A stretch of DNA of 63,500 nucleotides, counting the filler, from Octopus bimaculoides (taxonomy: Eukaryota): NCBI RefSeq assembly GCF_001194135.2. It is 8 parts of 8 records of this genome, joined end to end, with 100 filler letters (N's around TTAATTAATTAA, not from the genome) between each part and the next. Parts side by side here need not be neighbours in the genome. Positions count along the whole stretch, not along the records: positions 9,828 to 32,193 come from NC_068981.1; positions 32,294 to 47,557 come from NC_068993.1; 6 more parts are not named here. One strand, given 5' to 3'. Below the pieces are notes generated by a model. That model was not told where the DNA came from, ran no database searches, and worked only from the letters and a program-made list of their open reading frames with translations. The first letter of the stretch is position 1, and each line of letters opens with the position of its first letter. Shown here one piece after another: positions 24,082 to 37,559 of the stretch. A program made the translations under genes and the position numbers.

Positions 24082-25058
24082 CACAAACACATTCAGAGAG
24101 ACATATCGATGACCCGAATTCGTTTTTATTGAGACATTTGTTAAATGCTATGGACGCAAAAATAGTTTCCTTATATTTGCAAAATATTTATAATTAACTC
24201 ATACACACACAGAGACAGACACACACACGCACATACACACACATACACACATACGCACACACGCACGCGCAAGCACCCACACGCACACACACACATACAT
24301 ACACAGGCATATGACCTGTAATATACATACATTATTTCCAAGTGAAATAATTCTTTATACCACATATGTTGTAAGTAGTAGTTCCCTGGAGACAATCTAT
24401 AAAATTAGTTGTAAGTCTGACTACACCAAAATCTTGCAGACTTAAATTCCACTTCAAGGCTTAGGCAGGTCTTCGGCTCTCAATACATAATGTTGCTACT
24501 GCTGGTGTGCGTGTGTACTCATGTATGTATATGTGCCTGTACCTCTGAGTGTATACGTATATGTATTCACGTACGTACGTATGCATCTATGTATGTACGT
24601 ATGTATGTGTGTATATATATGCATCTCTCTCTCTCTCTTTATATATATATATATATATATATATNNNNNNNNNNNNNNNNNNNNNNNNNNNNNNNNNNNN
24701 NNNNNNNNNNNNNNNNNNNNNNNNNNNNNNNNNNNNNNNNNNNNNNNNNNNNNNNNNNNNNNNNNNNNNNNNNNNNNNNNNNNNNNNNNNNNNNNNNNNN
24801 NNNNNNNNNNNNNNNNNNNNNNNNNNNNNNNNNNNNNNNNNNNNNNNNNNNNNNNNNNNNNNNNNNNNNNNNNNNNNNNNNNNNNNNNNNNNNNNNNNNN
24901 NNNNNNNNNNNNNNNNNNNNNNNGAGAGAGAGAGGGAAAGAGAAGAGAAGGAAAGAAAGGGAAAGAGAGGAAAAGTTTGACGCGTATATAATACACAGCG
25001 AAGTGCTCAAACACACGCGCGCTTATACTTATACATGCAATGTATATGTGCATGCTTA

Positions 25059-25109
<51 letters not shown>

Positions 25110-25310
25110 ATGTGTGTGTGTGTGTATACAGACACACACATATATACATACACAGACATTAGCAGACATACACACCGACAGTTTGATATTTGTGAGAATG
25201 TATATATATCTATCTATTTTGTAATATGTGTATACACGCGTCCATATGAACATGCTTATGTATGTATGTATGTATGTATGTATGTATGTATGTATGTATG
25301 TATGTATGTA

Positions 25311-25343
<33 letters not shown>

Positions 25344-25669
25344 TCACTACTATATATATCTCTCTGTGTCTCTCTGTCTCTCGTGCTCACTTATATTCTA
25401 CTTCCTCCCCTTTTTCTCCCTCTACCACTCCAGTCACTCACTCTTTTCTTATCTTGGTCTCCCCAAGCTCGCACGTACATTGTCGTCCTTCCAGTTCGTA
25501 CTTCACTGTGTTCAATATACACATACTTTTTCACGTCTGGCCGTATAGCTCTTTTGTTTGTTTATTTCACTGCTTCATTTTCCTGTCTTGTTTTCCGTCC
25601 GCCACTATCCTCCATGGAACAAATTTAATTTGTGTCCGTGGGAAGAGCCATTTTAACGATGCTTCCTGC

Positions 25670-25885
25670 CCTAACTCTTCGAAACGCCAGTGTTATAATG
25701 GTGGCAGCTGATGAAGGAAATGTTCCCTATGTGGCCTGTGTGTTTTCTGTAGCCTGTTTATCATTTTGTCCATGTTTTTTTTTGCAACGTCATGTATCCA
25801 GATATGCATCTATATATACATGTAGATGAAGGTATGTATATACATGTACATATATATGCATATACTCATATATTATTTGTATATA
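25670..25885 (+). repeat. Unclassified dispersed repeat (copy 1)
   Basis: TCTTCGAAACGCC..ATGGTGGCAGCTGATGAAGG..TATGTGGCCTG..CATGTAGATGAA; inverted homologue at 44275-44485. Confidence 0.75.
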
Positions 25886-26079
25886 CATACATACATACAT
25901 ACATANNNNNNNNNNNNNNNNNNNNNNNNNNNNNNNNNNNNNNNNNNNNNNNNNNNNNNNNNNNNNNNNNNNNNNNNNNNNNNNNNNNNNNNNNNNNNNN
26001 NNNNNNNNNNNNNNNNNNNNNNNNNNNNNNNNNNNNNNNNNNNNNNNNTATATATACATACATATATATATAGTTGAAA

Positions 26080-26240
26080 GTTAACAAAAAAAAACAAAAG
26101 ACGAAGACAGGTGTGTTAGTTTGACGCTCGGGAAATTGAGAAAGTCTTTTACGTTTCGAGCCTACGATCTTTAACAGAAAGGAATAAGAGAAAAATAAAC
26201 ATAGAAAGAATAAAAAAAGACTTGTAGATTTAGCGATCAT
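26080..26240 (-). repeat. PLE terminal-repeat-like element with degenerate hammerhead motif
   Basis: Reverse complement CCTTTCTGTTAAAGATCGTAGGCTCGAAACGTAAAAGACTTTCTC. Confidence 0.6.
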
Positions 26241-28039
26241 GCATAGCGATATATATATATATGTAGGGAGACAGGATGGAGAGATGAATAGACCGACAGA
26301 CAGACAGATAAAGAAATAGATAGATAGATAATAGATAAATAAATAGATAGATCATTTAGTTCTGGAACAAAAGTGCTGGCTCTCATCAACGACTCAGAAC
26401 TAATCGAAATAAAAATCCTTATCATATGCTCCTCTAAATTAATCACCTGCTTGTATCATTCTCCTAAAACAATAGTATCTAAAATAAATGTACTGTGCTA
26501 TAAAAATGTCTATTGGTATCAAAAGTTCACATAAACACACACACACATACAAATGATCCCCCTACGCACTTAATTGTTTAAATAGATAAAAACAGCCAAC
26601 TAAGGACCTCTATTTATTCACTGATAATGTTAAAATCCGCAGTTCTTTGTCCTTAACATCACTCCCAACCGTCTTATAAAGTATTTGGACACAAATAGAT
26701 GACGCAGCCATAGTTACACTGTATGTATAAAGAAAAGATGAGAATGTCTCAGCTGGAATGAAGTCGACCATAAGTCTTTTCAGTTATTCTTGGAGCTAAG
26801 CAATGTAACCTTCTGGATTAGGCAAAATTGAGATATTCATCATCGATCTGTATCAAATACTCTTTTTAATCTTCCATGACCGCATGCACCTCACCTAGAT
26901 ATTTTAATTCCGTTGGTATAAAGTTTATACGAACGGAAGACTGTTTATAATATAAACAGTCATTATTTCTGTTTGCTGTCACTATTATCACACTAAATCA
27001 CTAAATCACTAAATCACTGCATAATTGTTTCTTTTTGTAGCATTTTCAGAGTATTAGAAGACATTATTGAACGGCATTCCACATTTGTATATCACCGTTC
27101 TCATCGTCTACCAACACGGTTTTTGCTACGTTATATATTGTGGTGCTCCCAAATCTATGTCATCACAAAATTCTTCAAAGCTTTAGAAGTAATTGTATAA
27201 TGAAATCATTAAAGTACTTCTGAACATTAACAGGATTTAGATAAACTTTTTACAAATAAACTACGACTTGCATATTTATTCTTAATACGTTCAGAAAACT
27301 TCTCCGTTTTCCGGCGACAATATGTCCGTAAATCACTCGCCTCATTGGTGCAAGGGATTCTGGGACAACCGTGTATTAACTTGCTGTGATGCGGTAGTTA
27401 GAAACATCCCCAAATTTTTGAGTCTATTCAAGAGCCGTGGTTTTGTTTGTAATTTCAGCAAACAAATAACCAGACTTAATCGATTGAATAAACAACTTTC
27501 AATAAAAATTCCTCATCTCTCTCCCTATATCTCTTAACCTGATATTTTTTCTCTTCCATTTCTCTGCTTCTTTACTATCCAACCAGTTTTAATTCCACGA
27601 ATCCTTCGAAGACCAGTCATCCCAACTTCTTCCATCTTTCAGTTTTTCCAGTTAAAAACTGATTAGCTTCAACGTAAACGTACTTATTGGTCAATTAAAA
27701 ATAAATACTGGTGAATTAAGGACCAGGTTATGTTTAAACACTCACCTCACTTAATCCCTACGATACAAACATAGTTAATTCCATTTCTAATTGCCATTCC
27801 GCAACCCTTATACGAAACTGCTGACTGAAAATACTAGAATGAATCACCTTCAATAATCTTACCTTCAAATTTTTGTTCTGTAAATGTAGTTATCTCTACA
27901 ATAGAAGTTCCTCATGCCAAGAATAGTGGCGTCGATAATCGTATTCAATTATTGAATTTATTACTAAAAGACAGTAGAAAATTTCCAATTTGGACTTAAG
28001 AAACCTATAATGTATGGAATATTCGGTTTTTACTATATT

Positions 28040-28200
28040 AACAATATTGGCTTCAAATCTTGGCACAAGACCAGCGAGTTCAAGGGAGCGAGTAAGTCGA
28101 TTACATCGACCCCCAGGGCTCAACATCGGCGGAATTTGAACTCAGAACGTAAGGTAATGTCGCTTAACATTTTGCCAGGCGTGCTAACAGTGCTACCAAC
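28040..28200 (-). mobile_element. SINE family A, internally deleted (tail type 2)
   Basis: GGCGGAATTTGAACTCAGAAC head and TTGGCACAAG..AGTCGATTACATCGACCCC tail. Confidence 0.7.
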
Positions 28201-28234
28201 TCACCGTTTTTATACTAATTTTTTTTTTAAGATA

Positions 28235-28450
28235 GCGAGATGGCGGAATTGCTAGCACACCAGGCGAAATGCTTAGCGGTATTTCGTCCGTCTTTACGTA
28301 CTGAGTTCAAATTCCGTCCAAGTCGACTTTGCCTTTCAGTCTTTCGGGTGCGATAAAATAAGTATCAGATGAACATTGGGGTCGATGTAAACGACTTATC
28401 CCACCCCTTAAAATTACTGGCATTGTGTCAAAATATGAAATTTGAAACCA
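28235..28450 (+). mobile_element. SINE family A (tail type 2)
   Basis: GGCGAAATGCTTAGCGGTATTTCG..CTGAGTTCAAATTCCG..GTCGACTTTGCCTTTCA. Confidence 0.8.
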
Positions 28451-29468
28451 ATATTACGATGACATTTTTTTAACAAACTGTTTTCTTACACATAAAATCC
28501 ACCTAAATGTTCCTATGTATTTGATTATCACCACTTTTCAACTTTTACTATCTCGCTACACTAAGTTCAATGTGTTTTCCATATTATTATATTTCAATCA
28601 AATACCATCTACACCAATCTTATACATTACATTAAACATATCTTCAATCGTAACAGTTTCATTCCTTACACACTCAGCAATTACACTTATAGCCCGGCAA
28701 TTTCTTCTCTATAGCAACGTACATTATATACTAATATTTTACTACCAAGTGTTTCAGAAGAAATTTTTACGCCAGAAATTTCTCCCCTCGCTCTCTCTCT
28801 CTCTCTCTCTCTCNNNNNNNNNNNNNNNNNNNNNNNNNNNNNNNNNNNNNNNNNNNNNNNNNNNNNNNNNNNNNNNNNNNNNNNNNNNNNNNNNNNNNNN
28901 NNNNNNNNNNNNNNNNNNNNNNNNNNNNNNNNNNNNNNNNNNNNNNNNNNNNNNNNNNNNNNNNNNNNNNNNNNNNNNNNNNNNNNNNNNNNNNNNNNNN
29001 NNNNNNNNNNNNNNNNNNNNNNNNNNNNNNNNNNNNNNNNNNNNNNNNNNNNNNNNNNNNNNNNNNNNNNNNNNNNNNNNNNNNNNNNNNNNNNNNNNNN
29101 NNNNNNNNNNNNNNNNNNNNNNNNNNNNNNNNNNNNNNNNNNNNNNNNNNNNNNNNNNNNNNNNNNNNNNNNNNNNNNNNNNNNNNNNNNNNNNNNNNNN
29201 NNNNNNNNNNNNNNNNNNNNNNNNNNNNNNNNNNNNNNNNNNNNNNNNNNNNNNNNNNNNNNNNNNNNNNNNNNNNNNNNNNNNNNNNNNNNNNNNNNNN
29301 NNNNNNNNNNNNNNNNNNNNNNNNNNNNNNNNNNNNNNNNNNNNNNNNNNNNNNNNNNNNNNNNNNNNNNNNNNNNNNNNNNNNNNNNNNNNNNNNNNNN
29401 NNNNNNNNNNNNNNNNNNNNNNNNNNNNNNNNNNNNNNNNNNNNNNNNNNNNNNNNNNNNNNNNNNNN

Positions 29469-29720
29469 GTGGTTAAGTGTGCGGGCTACTAACCCCAAGA
29501 TTCCGAGTTCGATTCCAAGCAGTGACCTGAACACTAATAATAATAATAATAATAATAATAACAACAACAACAACAACATAGAAGAATACCTTAGGAATGA
29601 GAGCTCAGGTTCGAAATATCCCCAAAACACCTGAAGAAGGCTAGAAAGTATATCAGCCGAAACGTTGTGTTAACAACAAACAAGATGAGGACAAATATCC
29701 GTCGAATGTAAATAATGTAA
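29469..29720 (+). mobile_element. tRNA-headed SINE-like element containing a minimal hammerhead ribozyme motif
   Basis: GTGGTTAAG D-loop remnant, anticodon-like loop CTACTAA, B box GAGTTCGATTCC (29505-29516), (AAT)n(AAC)n spacer, then the hammerhead at 29626-29671. Confidence 0.65.
29626..29671 (+). ncRNA. Minimal type I hammerhead ribozyme motif (predicted)
   Basis: Stem I AACAC/GTGTT, core CTGAAGA(A), stem II GGCT/AGCC, GAAA, loop-less palindromic stem III ACGT, predicted cleavage triplet GUU. Confidence 0.6.
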
Positions 29721-30290
29721 AAAATGTACTAATTGTTTTTATTCATTAAAGTTATAATTTCAATTCTTTATAATTATTTTGGTTTAAATCTTCAAGTATG
29801 ATAGTCTGTACTTTTCTATATGTTCTTCATGTAGAAGGCGCTGTTAGGAAATGTTGCAACGCCATATGAATAGGTCTTTTTGATCAAACTTCACTCGAGG
29901 TATGCAACAACAACAAATCTACAGCTTTCTTGATCTATCTTCATCTAGAGTTGCTTCGCTGATCATGTATTCTCTCTTTAATAGCTGGACTTCAATCTTT
30001 TTGAGAAAACGTGTACTTCTTTGCTTCAACCAGTTATCCCATACCCCTACTGCTGAAGGCATTCTAGAGGTTAATGGTACATATTTATCCCGGTTATTAC
30101 ACATTAAAATACACGCAGATACAAATACACATATAAAAATACAGATGCATATACATGCTCCAGGATCATCGATAGAGTATTTATATGTAAGGCAGTTGTT
30201 AAAGTGTCCATACCCACCAATTATTAAAACAAAAACCGGTGTAATTTTAATCATTTATCAACTACCAAAAATTATAGAACTACTGTCTAT

Positions 30291-30690
30291 AGGAGTGGCT
30301 GTGTGGTAAGTAGCTTGCTTACCAACCACATGGTTCCGGGTTCAGTCCCACTGCGTGGCACCTTGGGCAAGTGTCTTCTACTATAGCCTCGGGCCTACCA
30401 AAGCCTTGTGAGTGGATTTGGTAGACGGAAACTGAAAGAATCCCGACGTATATATGTATATATATATATATATATGTTTGTGTGTCTGTGTTTGTCCCCC
30501 CACCATCGCTTGACAACCGATGCTGGTGTGTTTACATCCCCGTAACTTAACGGTTCGACAAAAAGAGACCGATAGAATAAGTACTAGGCTTACAAAGAAT
30601 AAATCCTGGGGTCGATTTGATTCGACTAAAGGCGGTGCTCCAGCATCGGCCGCAGTCAAATGACTGAAACAAGTAAAAGAGTAAAAGAGA
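30291..30690 (+). mobile_element. tRNA-derived SINE, family B (near full length)
   Basis: AGGAGTGGCTGTGTGGTAAGTAGC..GGGTTCAGTCCC head, central (TA/TG)n, 3' GTCGATTTGATTCGAC hairpin and AAAAGAGT tail. Confidence 0.88.
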
Positions 30691-31109
30691 AAGAGAGTGT
30701 TTTCACTTTTTCAGAAGTGCTTTGCTTGACTTCTGCGCAAATTTTTATATGTCTGAAATCAATACATCTATTGAATTCCAATTCGATACTTAGTCGCGCT
30801 GAGGCTACCAGACGATCTTATGATATGTTTATTCTGCGATAGTTCTTTATCAGTTTATGCTTACTGAATGGATGTTCTACTCAGGCTGACGCTGCAGGTA
30901 CCGTGGGAAAAATCCAGAATGACACACAAATTGAATATATTTCGTTTAGTGAATGCATGGGTTTAAGTTGTAGTTGCCCAAAGTTACGACGGTGTATTAT
31001 AGTTTTAATGTCGATTAATTCGTTTGAAAGTTATTTGTCATTTACATTATAAGCTTTTGGTAATGACACGCACTTCGAAGCCAAAATATTTTCTGCCATA
31101 TACAGGTAT

Positions 31110-31730
31110 TGTCAGAGGAGTGAAGAGTTGCATTCAGATATACTTGTTAGATCACCAGTAACAGAATAAACAATGGCAAAAGAAAACAAACAAATATCCA
31201 AAAATAATGATTCTGCATGTGTGTTAGAATCCTTTTGTCTAACTTTCATCATTTGATTGGTTCTTACCAAAAAATTAGTTTCACTTTCTCCCATTTGCAC
31301 GTTGTTCAGTTTCAATTTGCGGACTGGTAGGAAGTATTTTGATTGTGTTACATTTATAAACATCAACTCAAAGAATACTGGTGCAATATTCCCACCAAAA
31401 CCTCTGTCAAATGTAAACATATTGTTGTTTGGGACCGAAGGGCAAAGGTATGTACCATCATAGAGGTCAGCTGCCCTACTGATATAAATATCTCTTTGAA
31501 AATAAAAAAAAGAGGATATCTATGACAAAACCTCCAGCTTCTATATCCAGACTATGAATTCATATTCATGCCAATAATAATTGGACCACTAGGTTTTGCT
31601 AGTAAATGCTTGAAGGAGAATCTTGTTAAACTGGGATTTTTAGAAAGAGAAATCGACCGGCTAATTCGTACATTACAAGTGCAATCTGTGAGTGGAACAG
31701 TAAAAATATACAAGATTTTCTCAAGTTCCA
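31110..31730 (+). mobile_element. RLE-LINE endonuclease 3' fragment
   Basis: YWCNIPTKTSVKCKH..IVVWDRRAKVCTIIEVSCPTDINISLKIK..FMPIIIGPLG..LVKLGF..LQVQSVSGTVKI. Confidence 0.75.
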
Positions 31731-32193
31731 AATGTGGATTTGTCTGTTAACTACATCCCAAAGATGGCGCTTTGTATCTTTATTGGAAACCAACTCCCTC
31801 CTAAGTGGAAGATTTATAATAATTAAAAAATAGAAGAGACATACATACATACATATTCAAAGGTTGTCTTTGCAGGTATAAAATCTGATAACATTAATTG
31901 AAGAAGGGGCTCGCAACAAGTTTAGAGTCAGATGTTTTTAGTAATTTTATTGACAGCAATTTCGAACTTTTGTCAGAAGCTGGCGAGAATCACAACTGAT
32001 GGAAGAAGTGCCGTATTTCTCCGGATTTTGTGAGAATGAGAAAGAGCTCATCAGAAATATAATGTTCGAAGTGATAAAAAGTAGAATTAAAAACGAAATT
32101 AAAATATAAAATCAAGAATTAGTACAAGTGGAAATGACCATCACATAAATAAATGAAAAAAAATCTTATTACAAGAGCCATAAAGAAAACAAA

Positions 32194-32293
32194 NNNNNNN
32201 NNNNNNNNNNNNNNNNNNNNNNNNNNNNNNNNNNNNNTTAATTAATTAANNNNNNNNNNNNNNNNNNNNNNNNNNNNNNNNNNNNNNNNNNNN
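32194..32293. other. Artificial scaffold linker
   Basis: 44 N + TTAATTAATTAA + 44 N. Confidence 0.95.
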
Positions 32294-33672
32294 ATATATA
32301 CATACACACATATATATACATATACAAACATACATAAATACATACACACCTACATACATACATACATACATACATACATACATACATACATACATACATA
32401 CATTCACTTGACAGACACTAGCAGAAAACAATATGCATTGAAAAATTTTAAGGAAACTTTTTTTCTCTTTATCGCTCATTCAAAATTCCGACAGGTTTTA
32501 TAGATTATCTGAAGAACATCCATACCAATTTGTAATTTTAATTTGAATACTAACGCATATATGGATGCACTGACGGTGACGATCATGATGATGCTGATAA
32601 TGATGATGGTAATAATATAATAATAAATAATTATTATAATATTAATAAGAATCTAACACTGATGATAATGATAATAGTGGCAATATCAATGTGATTATCA
32701 TGATGAAGGGGGAGAAAAGGGAAAGAATATAAAGTTTGAAGTAAAATCAAAAGAAAATAAACACATAAGAGAGTGGAAAAGAGTTAAATAACACAATAAA
32801 CAAAAGTCCACAATAATAAAATTTATTCTTTTAAAACCATTTAAAATTAACACATAAGACAGTTTTATCCTGAGACGAAACAATACCATATTTGAATGTT
32901 AAATCTAGAATTTTTGTCACGTAGTAAATATTACTGTCCAGGGTTCGATTAAGCAGTAAATCCGTATATATTATGAAATAGCTGACGTATTTTATACCTC
33001 ATCCATCACTGTATAAACTGGCCTTTGGGTTATTTGTGATGATCGCTGTTCTGAGATTGCTGTGATGCCATATGTCAAAAACAGCCGTTTCTTAAAAGAC
33101 ACTCTTCAACAATTATCGGCTCTTGAAGAACATGCGTTTCGCTTTGGGTTGCTACTTGATTAATATTAATATTTCTTAACAATCGATACGGTTTCTTACT
33201 ATGATGTATTATTTTTAAGCTTATATATCAAGGGAAATTAAATATTTTCATATATTTGAATGATATGTACTGCTAAAGGAGAAGCAGTAACACTTAGAGA
33301 TATCTACACTAAACCTGTATTAGTACCAGCATACAAATATCGATACAGGTTGCATACAAATGTTTGGCCTGCAGTATAAAAAGTTGCATTTCTTCTGTTT
33401 CCCAAAGAAGTAATCAATCAATATAAGAATTTCTAAGTGTAAAACTTTCTGAAACATCATCTGTATATTCTACAGTTGCAGCTAAGAAATCATTGTCGAA
33501 AAAGTTTGAAAAATAATTGGTAGTGTTACCGGTTAAAATGTGGTTACAGCTTGCTGAATGTAAAATAGAGTACGACAATGGAGTTTGAATAGAAAGGCTA
33601 TACATACGTACATATGTATCTTTATATATGTACGTGCATATATAAGTGTAAACATATGTATGTGCGTGTATA

Positions 33673-33715
<43 letters not shown>

Positions 33716-33725
33716 NNNNNNNNNN

Positions 33726-33756
<31 letters not shown>

Positions 33757-33889
33757 TATATATATATATATGTATGTATGTATATATATATGACAGGCTT
33801 CTTTCAGTCTCCTTCTAATAAATCCACTCACAAGGCTTTGGTCGGCCCGAGGCTTTAGAAAAAGTTACTCGCCCAAGGTCCCACGCAGA

Positions 33890-34135
33890 GCCTAAAAACA
33901 GAAACAATTCCTATTATAGTAGGCGCATTCGGTATGATAAGAAAAAAATCCAGACAAATACATAACAAAAACGTCAGGACTTGCAAGTATATATAAGATA
34001 CAGAAAATAACAGTACTAGGCACCCCACATATCCTACGTAAAACACTTACAATGCACTGAAAATAAGAGCACTACAACAAACCACAGCATATACCCAAAG
34101 AACAAAAGGTTGTGCTCGGTAATGCAAAGAAAGCA
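33890..34135 (+). mobile_element. RLE-LINE 3' end (same family as 560-925)
   Basis: KTETIPIIVGAFGMIRKK..IQKITVLGTPTYP; DNA similarity to 690-920; abuts a minus-strand family B fragment (33790-33890). Confidence 0.75.
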
Positions 34136-34191
34136 GGTGATAAGAATAAGACTACTGAATGCTGCTATTGTTGCTGCTGCTGCTGCTGCTG

Positions 34192-34250
<59 letters not shown>

Positions 34251-34269
34251 GCTACTACTACTACTAATA

Positions 34270-36735
34270 ATAATAATAATGATTTCATTTATTTGTCATA
34301 TGGGTGAAGAATGAGGGGACAATACAGAGAGAGACATAAAGCGTCGGCGTTTACCTTTAATAATGAAATACACAGTATACACTGGAAATGAAGGTATATA
34401 TGCATAGCATACAAAGGTTAAAAGAGAGTGGGGGGATGAGATAGGGGAGATGTGGCCCTCTTAATACAGGAACGCCTCTAGGGATAATCGAGGAATCCTA
34501 CTGTCCCATATTTCTCTGAAACCCTAGGAGTAAGTGCCCTCTCCAAATCCTCTGAAACCCTAAGAACAAGTTCCCACTCCGACTCATAGGTCTACACTTA
34601 TAGAGATTCCATCCACACTTGTAATTTTCTCAACTTTCACCCACCTTTCAATAAACTCACTCGAGGGCAACACTTCTTTCTCCACTCTCAATTTCCTTTC
34701 AAGTGAAACATGAAAAAATCTATGAGAGCTCTACCAAAGAGGAACGTATCTGTCCTCATGCCTTTCGGCTTTGTCCACTACACAACCTCTTTCGCCATAG
34801 CTATCAGGCAAAGGAAAATTGCCACGCCTTCCCGATTGAAGGCGGGCGGCGGTGCAATCATTACTGCAGACTCGGCCGACAGACAGATCCGTCTCAATTG
34901 TGTCAGCAACTGTTCAAGTTAACCTCACAATGCCCACACACTGAATGAGGTCATGCAGAACGGTTTCGTCACACTGCGCGCACCTCAGCAGGTCCGTCTG
35001 ATAGCACATCCGTGCCTATAAAGTTTATCTCGAACCGTAGCACCCCTCCCCCTGTAGCACTGCCAGGTTAGGGACATCAGGAAATTATCCATGATAGTTG
35101 CTGACCGGAAAATCCTCCGGAACAGACTAGACAGTTCGTTGTCGTCGGCGCCCAGAGTCTCCCCGAGAGTGTTGTCGCACTTTCCCGCTACTAATCCTCT
35201 ATGAATTTCTCAAGCGGAACATCCACCCTTCCTATTGCCCAACCGTTAGAAGGTTGTGAGCGCCTCATGACATTCAAGGTGCCAAACGCCCAGTCTCGGT
35301 CTTTTCTTCACCCAGAACTGCAGCTCCATCAAGGAGACGAGCTGCGGAGCGACAAGCCTCACAAACGGAGCCCACACACGCTCACCGTTCAGAAAGCCTT
35401 GCAGGTGGCATAACGGCGTCACCTAAGCGCGTGTCTGTACATTAGCAGCGACGTCATACCTAATCCGCCACTCACAGGATGCTAACCCCCTGACCATTGG
35501 GACGCGTCCCTTCTACAAGAATTTAAATAAAAACGCTCCAGCTTGGTCAAGCAGTAACCGGGACAAGGCACGACGGTCAGGCGATAAATAATAATGGAGG
35601 CGATGTAAGCATTCGTCACCTTTGCCCGACATTTCAAGGACAGGACATCTTTCTTTCAGCCCTTTTCTGGATAAGACTGGCTACTCTGTTCACCACCTTA
35701 TCCCATTTCTTATCAACCTGGTCGGAACCAAACCAGAACCCGAGCACGTTAACTGGTCTGTCGGTCCAGCGTCTGATGACGCCATCCGAGGGCATCGTCC
35801 TACCTCTCCAGGAGCCCAACTGCAAACCAACTAATTTGTCGCCATTGATTTTAGGCCCTTCAACCGACTCATATTCCTTTAGGATGGGGCCCACCATCTC
35901 CACTTTGGAATCGTCCAACACCATGACGATGACATCGTCTACGTATGCTGAGACTGCCCTTCCTTGTCCCAGTTCGAAAGGGATGTTCCTTAGCTGTTCC
36001 AGCTTCTCCAACATTTGCTCAAGTGCCAATACGTATAGAAGAGGCGACAGCGGGCAGACCTGGCGGACCGAACGTGCAATGCCAAACAACTCCCATAGGT
36101 GGCTGTTTACTTTGACCACTGAACAGGTGCCGCTCTGCAATGCAGTGATCCAGCCTCTGAAAACGGGTCCGAAACCGCCTGCTTTCAGGACAGCTTCCAA
36201 GTAGCGATGGTCGACCCTATCGAATACTTTTGATTGATCCAAATTGGTCAGAGTACTCCCGAAGCCAGCTGTGGTCCTAGCTCTCTCTATGAAAATTTGC
36301 ATAAGGTGGAGGTTGTCGTGGATAGACCTGCTCGGGATTGCGCACGTTTGTGCTTCTTCGACCAGGCTACCAACAAGAAGCGCCAACCTTTTCGCTAACA
36401 CCTTGGCCAAAATATTAAACACTGTGTTTAGCAGAGATATGCGCCGAAACATTCTTAGTACGGCCCCCATTGTTGGCGTCTTTCCCTAGCAGTGTCACCC
36501 AACCTCTGCTAAGAGCACCAGGGATTCTCCCGTTCTGTTGCCAGTTGTAGTAGACGTCTGCCAAGAAGTTGCCAATCAAATCTGGCATGAATACATAGAA
36601 TTTATAGGGCAGACAATTCAAACCGGGCATTCTGCGATTTGTACAATCACTCATCGCTGCCCAAATTTCAAAGGCTGTTATCGGCCTTTCATATAATGTT
36701 TCTGTTCGCTGAAGGGGCGTGTCTGACAGACATAT
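34270..36735 (-). mobile_element. 5'-truncated Tx1/L1-like LINE (ORF2: RT + C-terminal zinc knuckle), pseudogenised
   Basis: PGLNCLPYKFY, ISLLNTVFNILAKVLAKRL, LDQSKVFDRVDH, SVRQVCPLSPLLY, SAYVDDV, and RCAQCDETVLHDLIQC near 34938-34990; 3' UTR with AATAAA and a trinucleotide tail. Confidence 0.9.
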
Positions 36736-36934
36736 TTTCGAAATGACGTTTTTCCATAAATATAATAGAAAAAGTATAAACTGAGCATCTTCACAATTAG
36801 CAATAATTCCACATAATAGAAAAACACTTACATTATAATACAGTTTTTGCGGAACTCGACAAACTATAAGCCACAGACCAGACCACAAATATACGCCTAA
36901 GCAATAAACAACAGCTGCAGAATCACGGTCATTA

Positions 36935-37100
<166 letters not shown>

Positions 37101-37559
37101 GGAAAAAAGAATCGGAGGAGCGATGCATACCCTGCGCGTGCACAAGAATAAAATAAAATTTCATTTACTGAATATATTCTCTCATGGCTTTTGATTTGAA
37201 ATGCTACCATGTACATGCTACAGTAAATATTCTGCTCAATATCACAGATTTGCTTGTCAGTTGCTTGACCTTAGCCAGTCCTTTAGTGGCTGACGATATT
37301 TGCATCTCTGATCACGAGCAGAAGTAGTGGAGGAGCATCATAACCATGTGTTGAGAGAAATTATATGGGGTTTGAATAATTCACTTCTGGAAACATCTGT
37401 GTTCCGTTCATCATCCTTAAACAAACCTTATTCAGCGACATTTTGAGCAGGATGGGCTACTCAACCTGAAGAATATTCTAACTGGGCCCCACTTGCAAGG
37501 TGAGCTGTGTGCAATTGTTCATTGTGGCTTGTTATGAAAATTGTTTTAGCTATCACCGA

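Noticed and set aside
25675-25725. Type II hammerhead fold from GAAAC...CTGATGA
   Set aside because: Position 16.1 is C rather than U and stem I cannot pair; kept only as an unclassified repeat.
27040-27200. Possible plus-strand exon after ttttgtag/ttttcag
   Set aside because: About 50 open codons with no recognisable motif and no good donor site.
29800-30110. Minus-strand GIY-YIG relic next to the hammerhead SINE
   Set aside because: Only a CNNR..PL-like remnant and scattered residues; too degraded to call, and opposite in orientation to the ribozyme.
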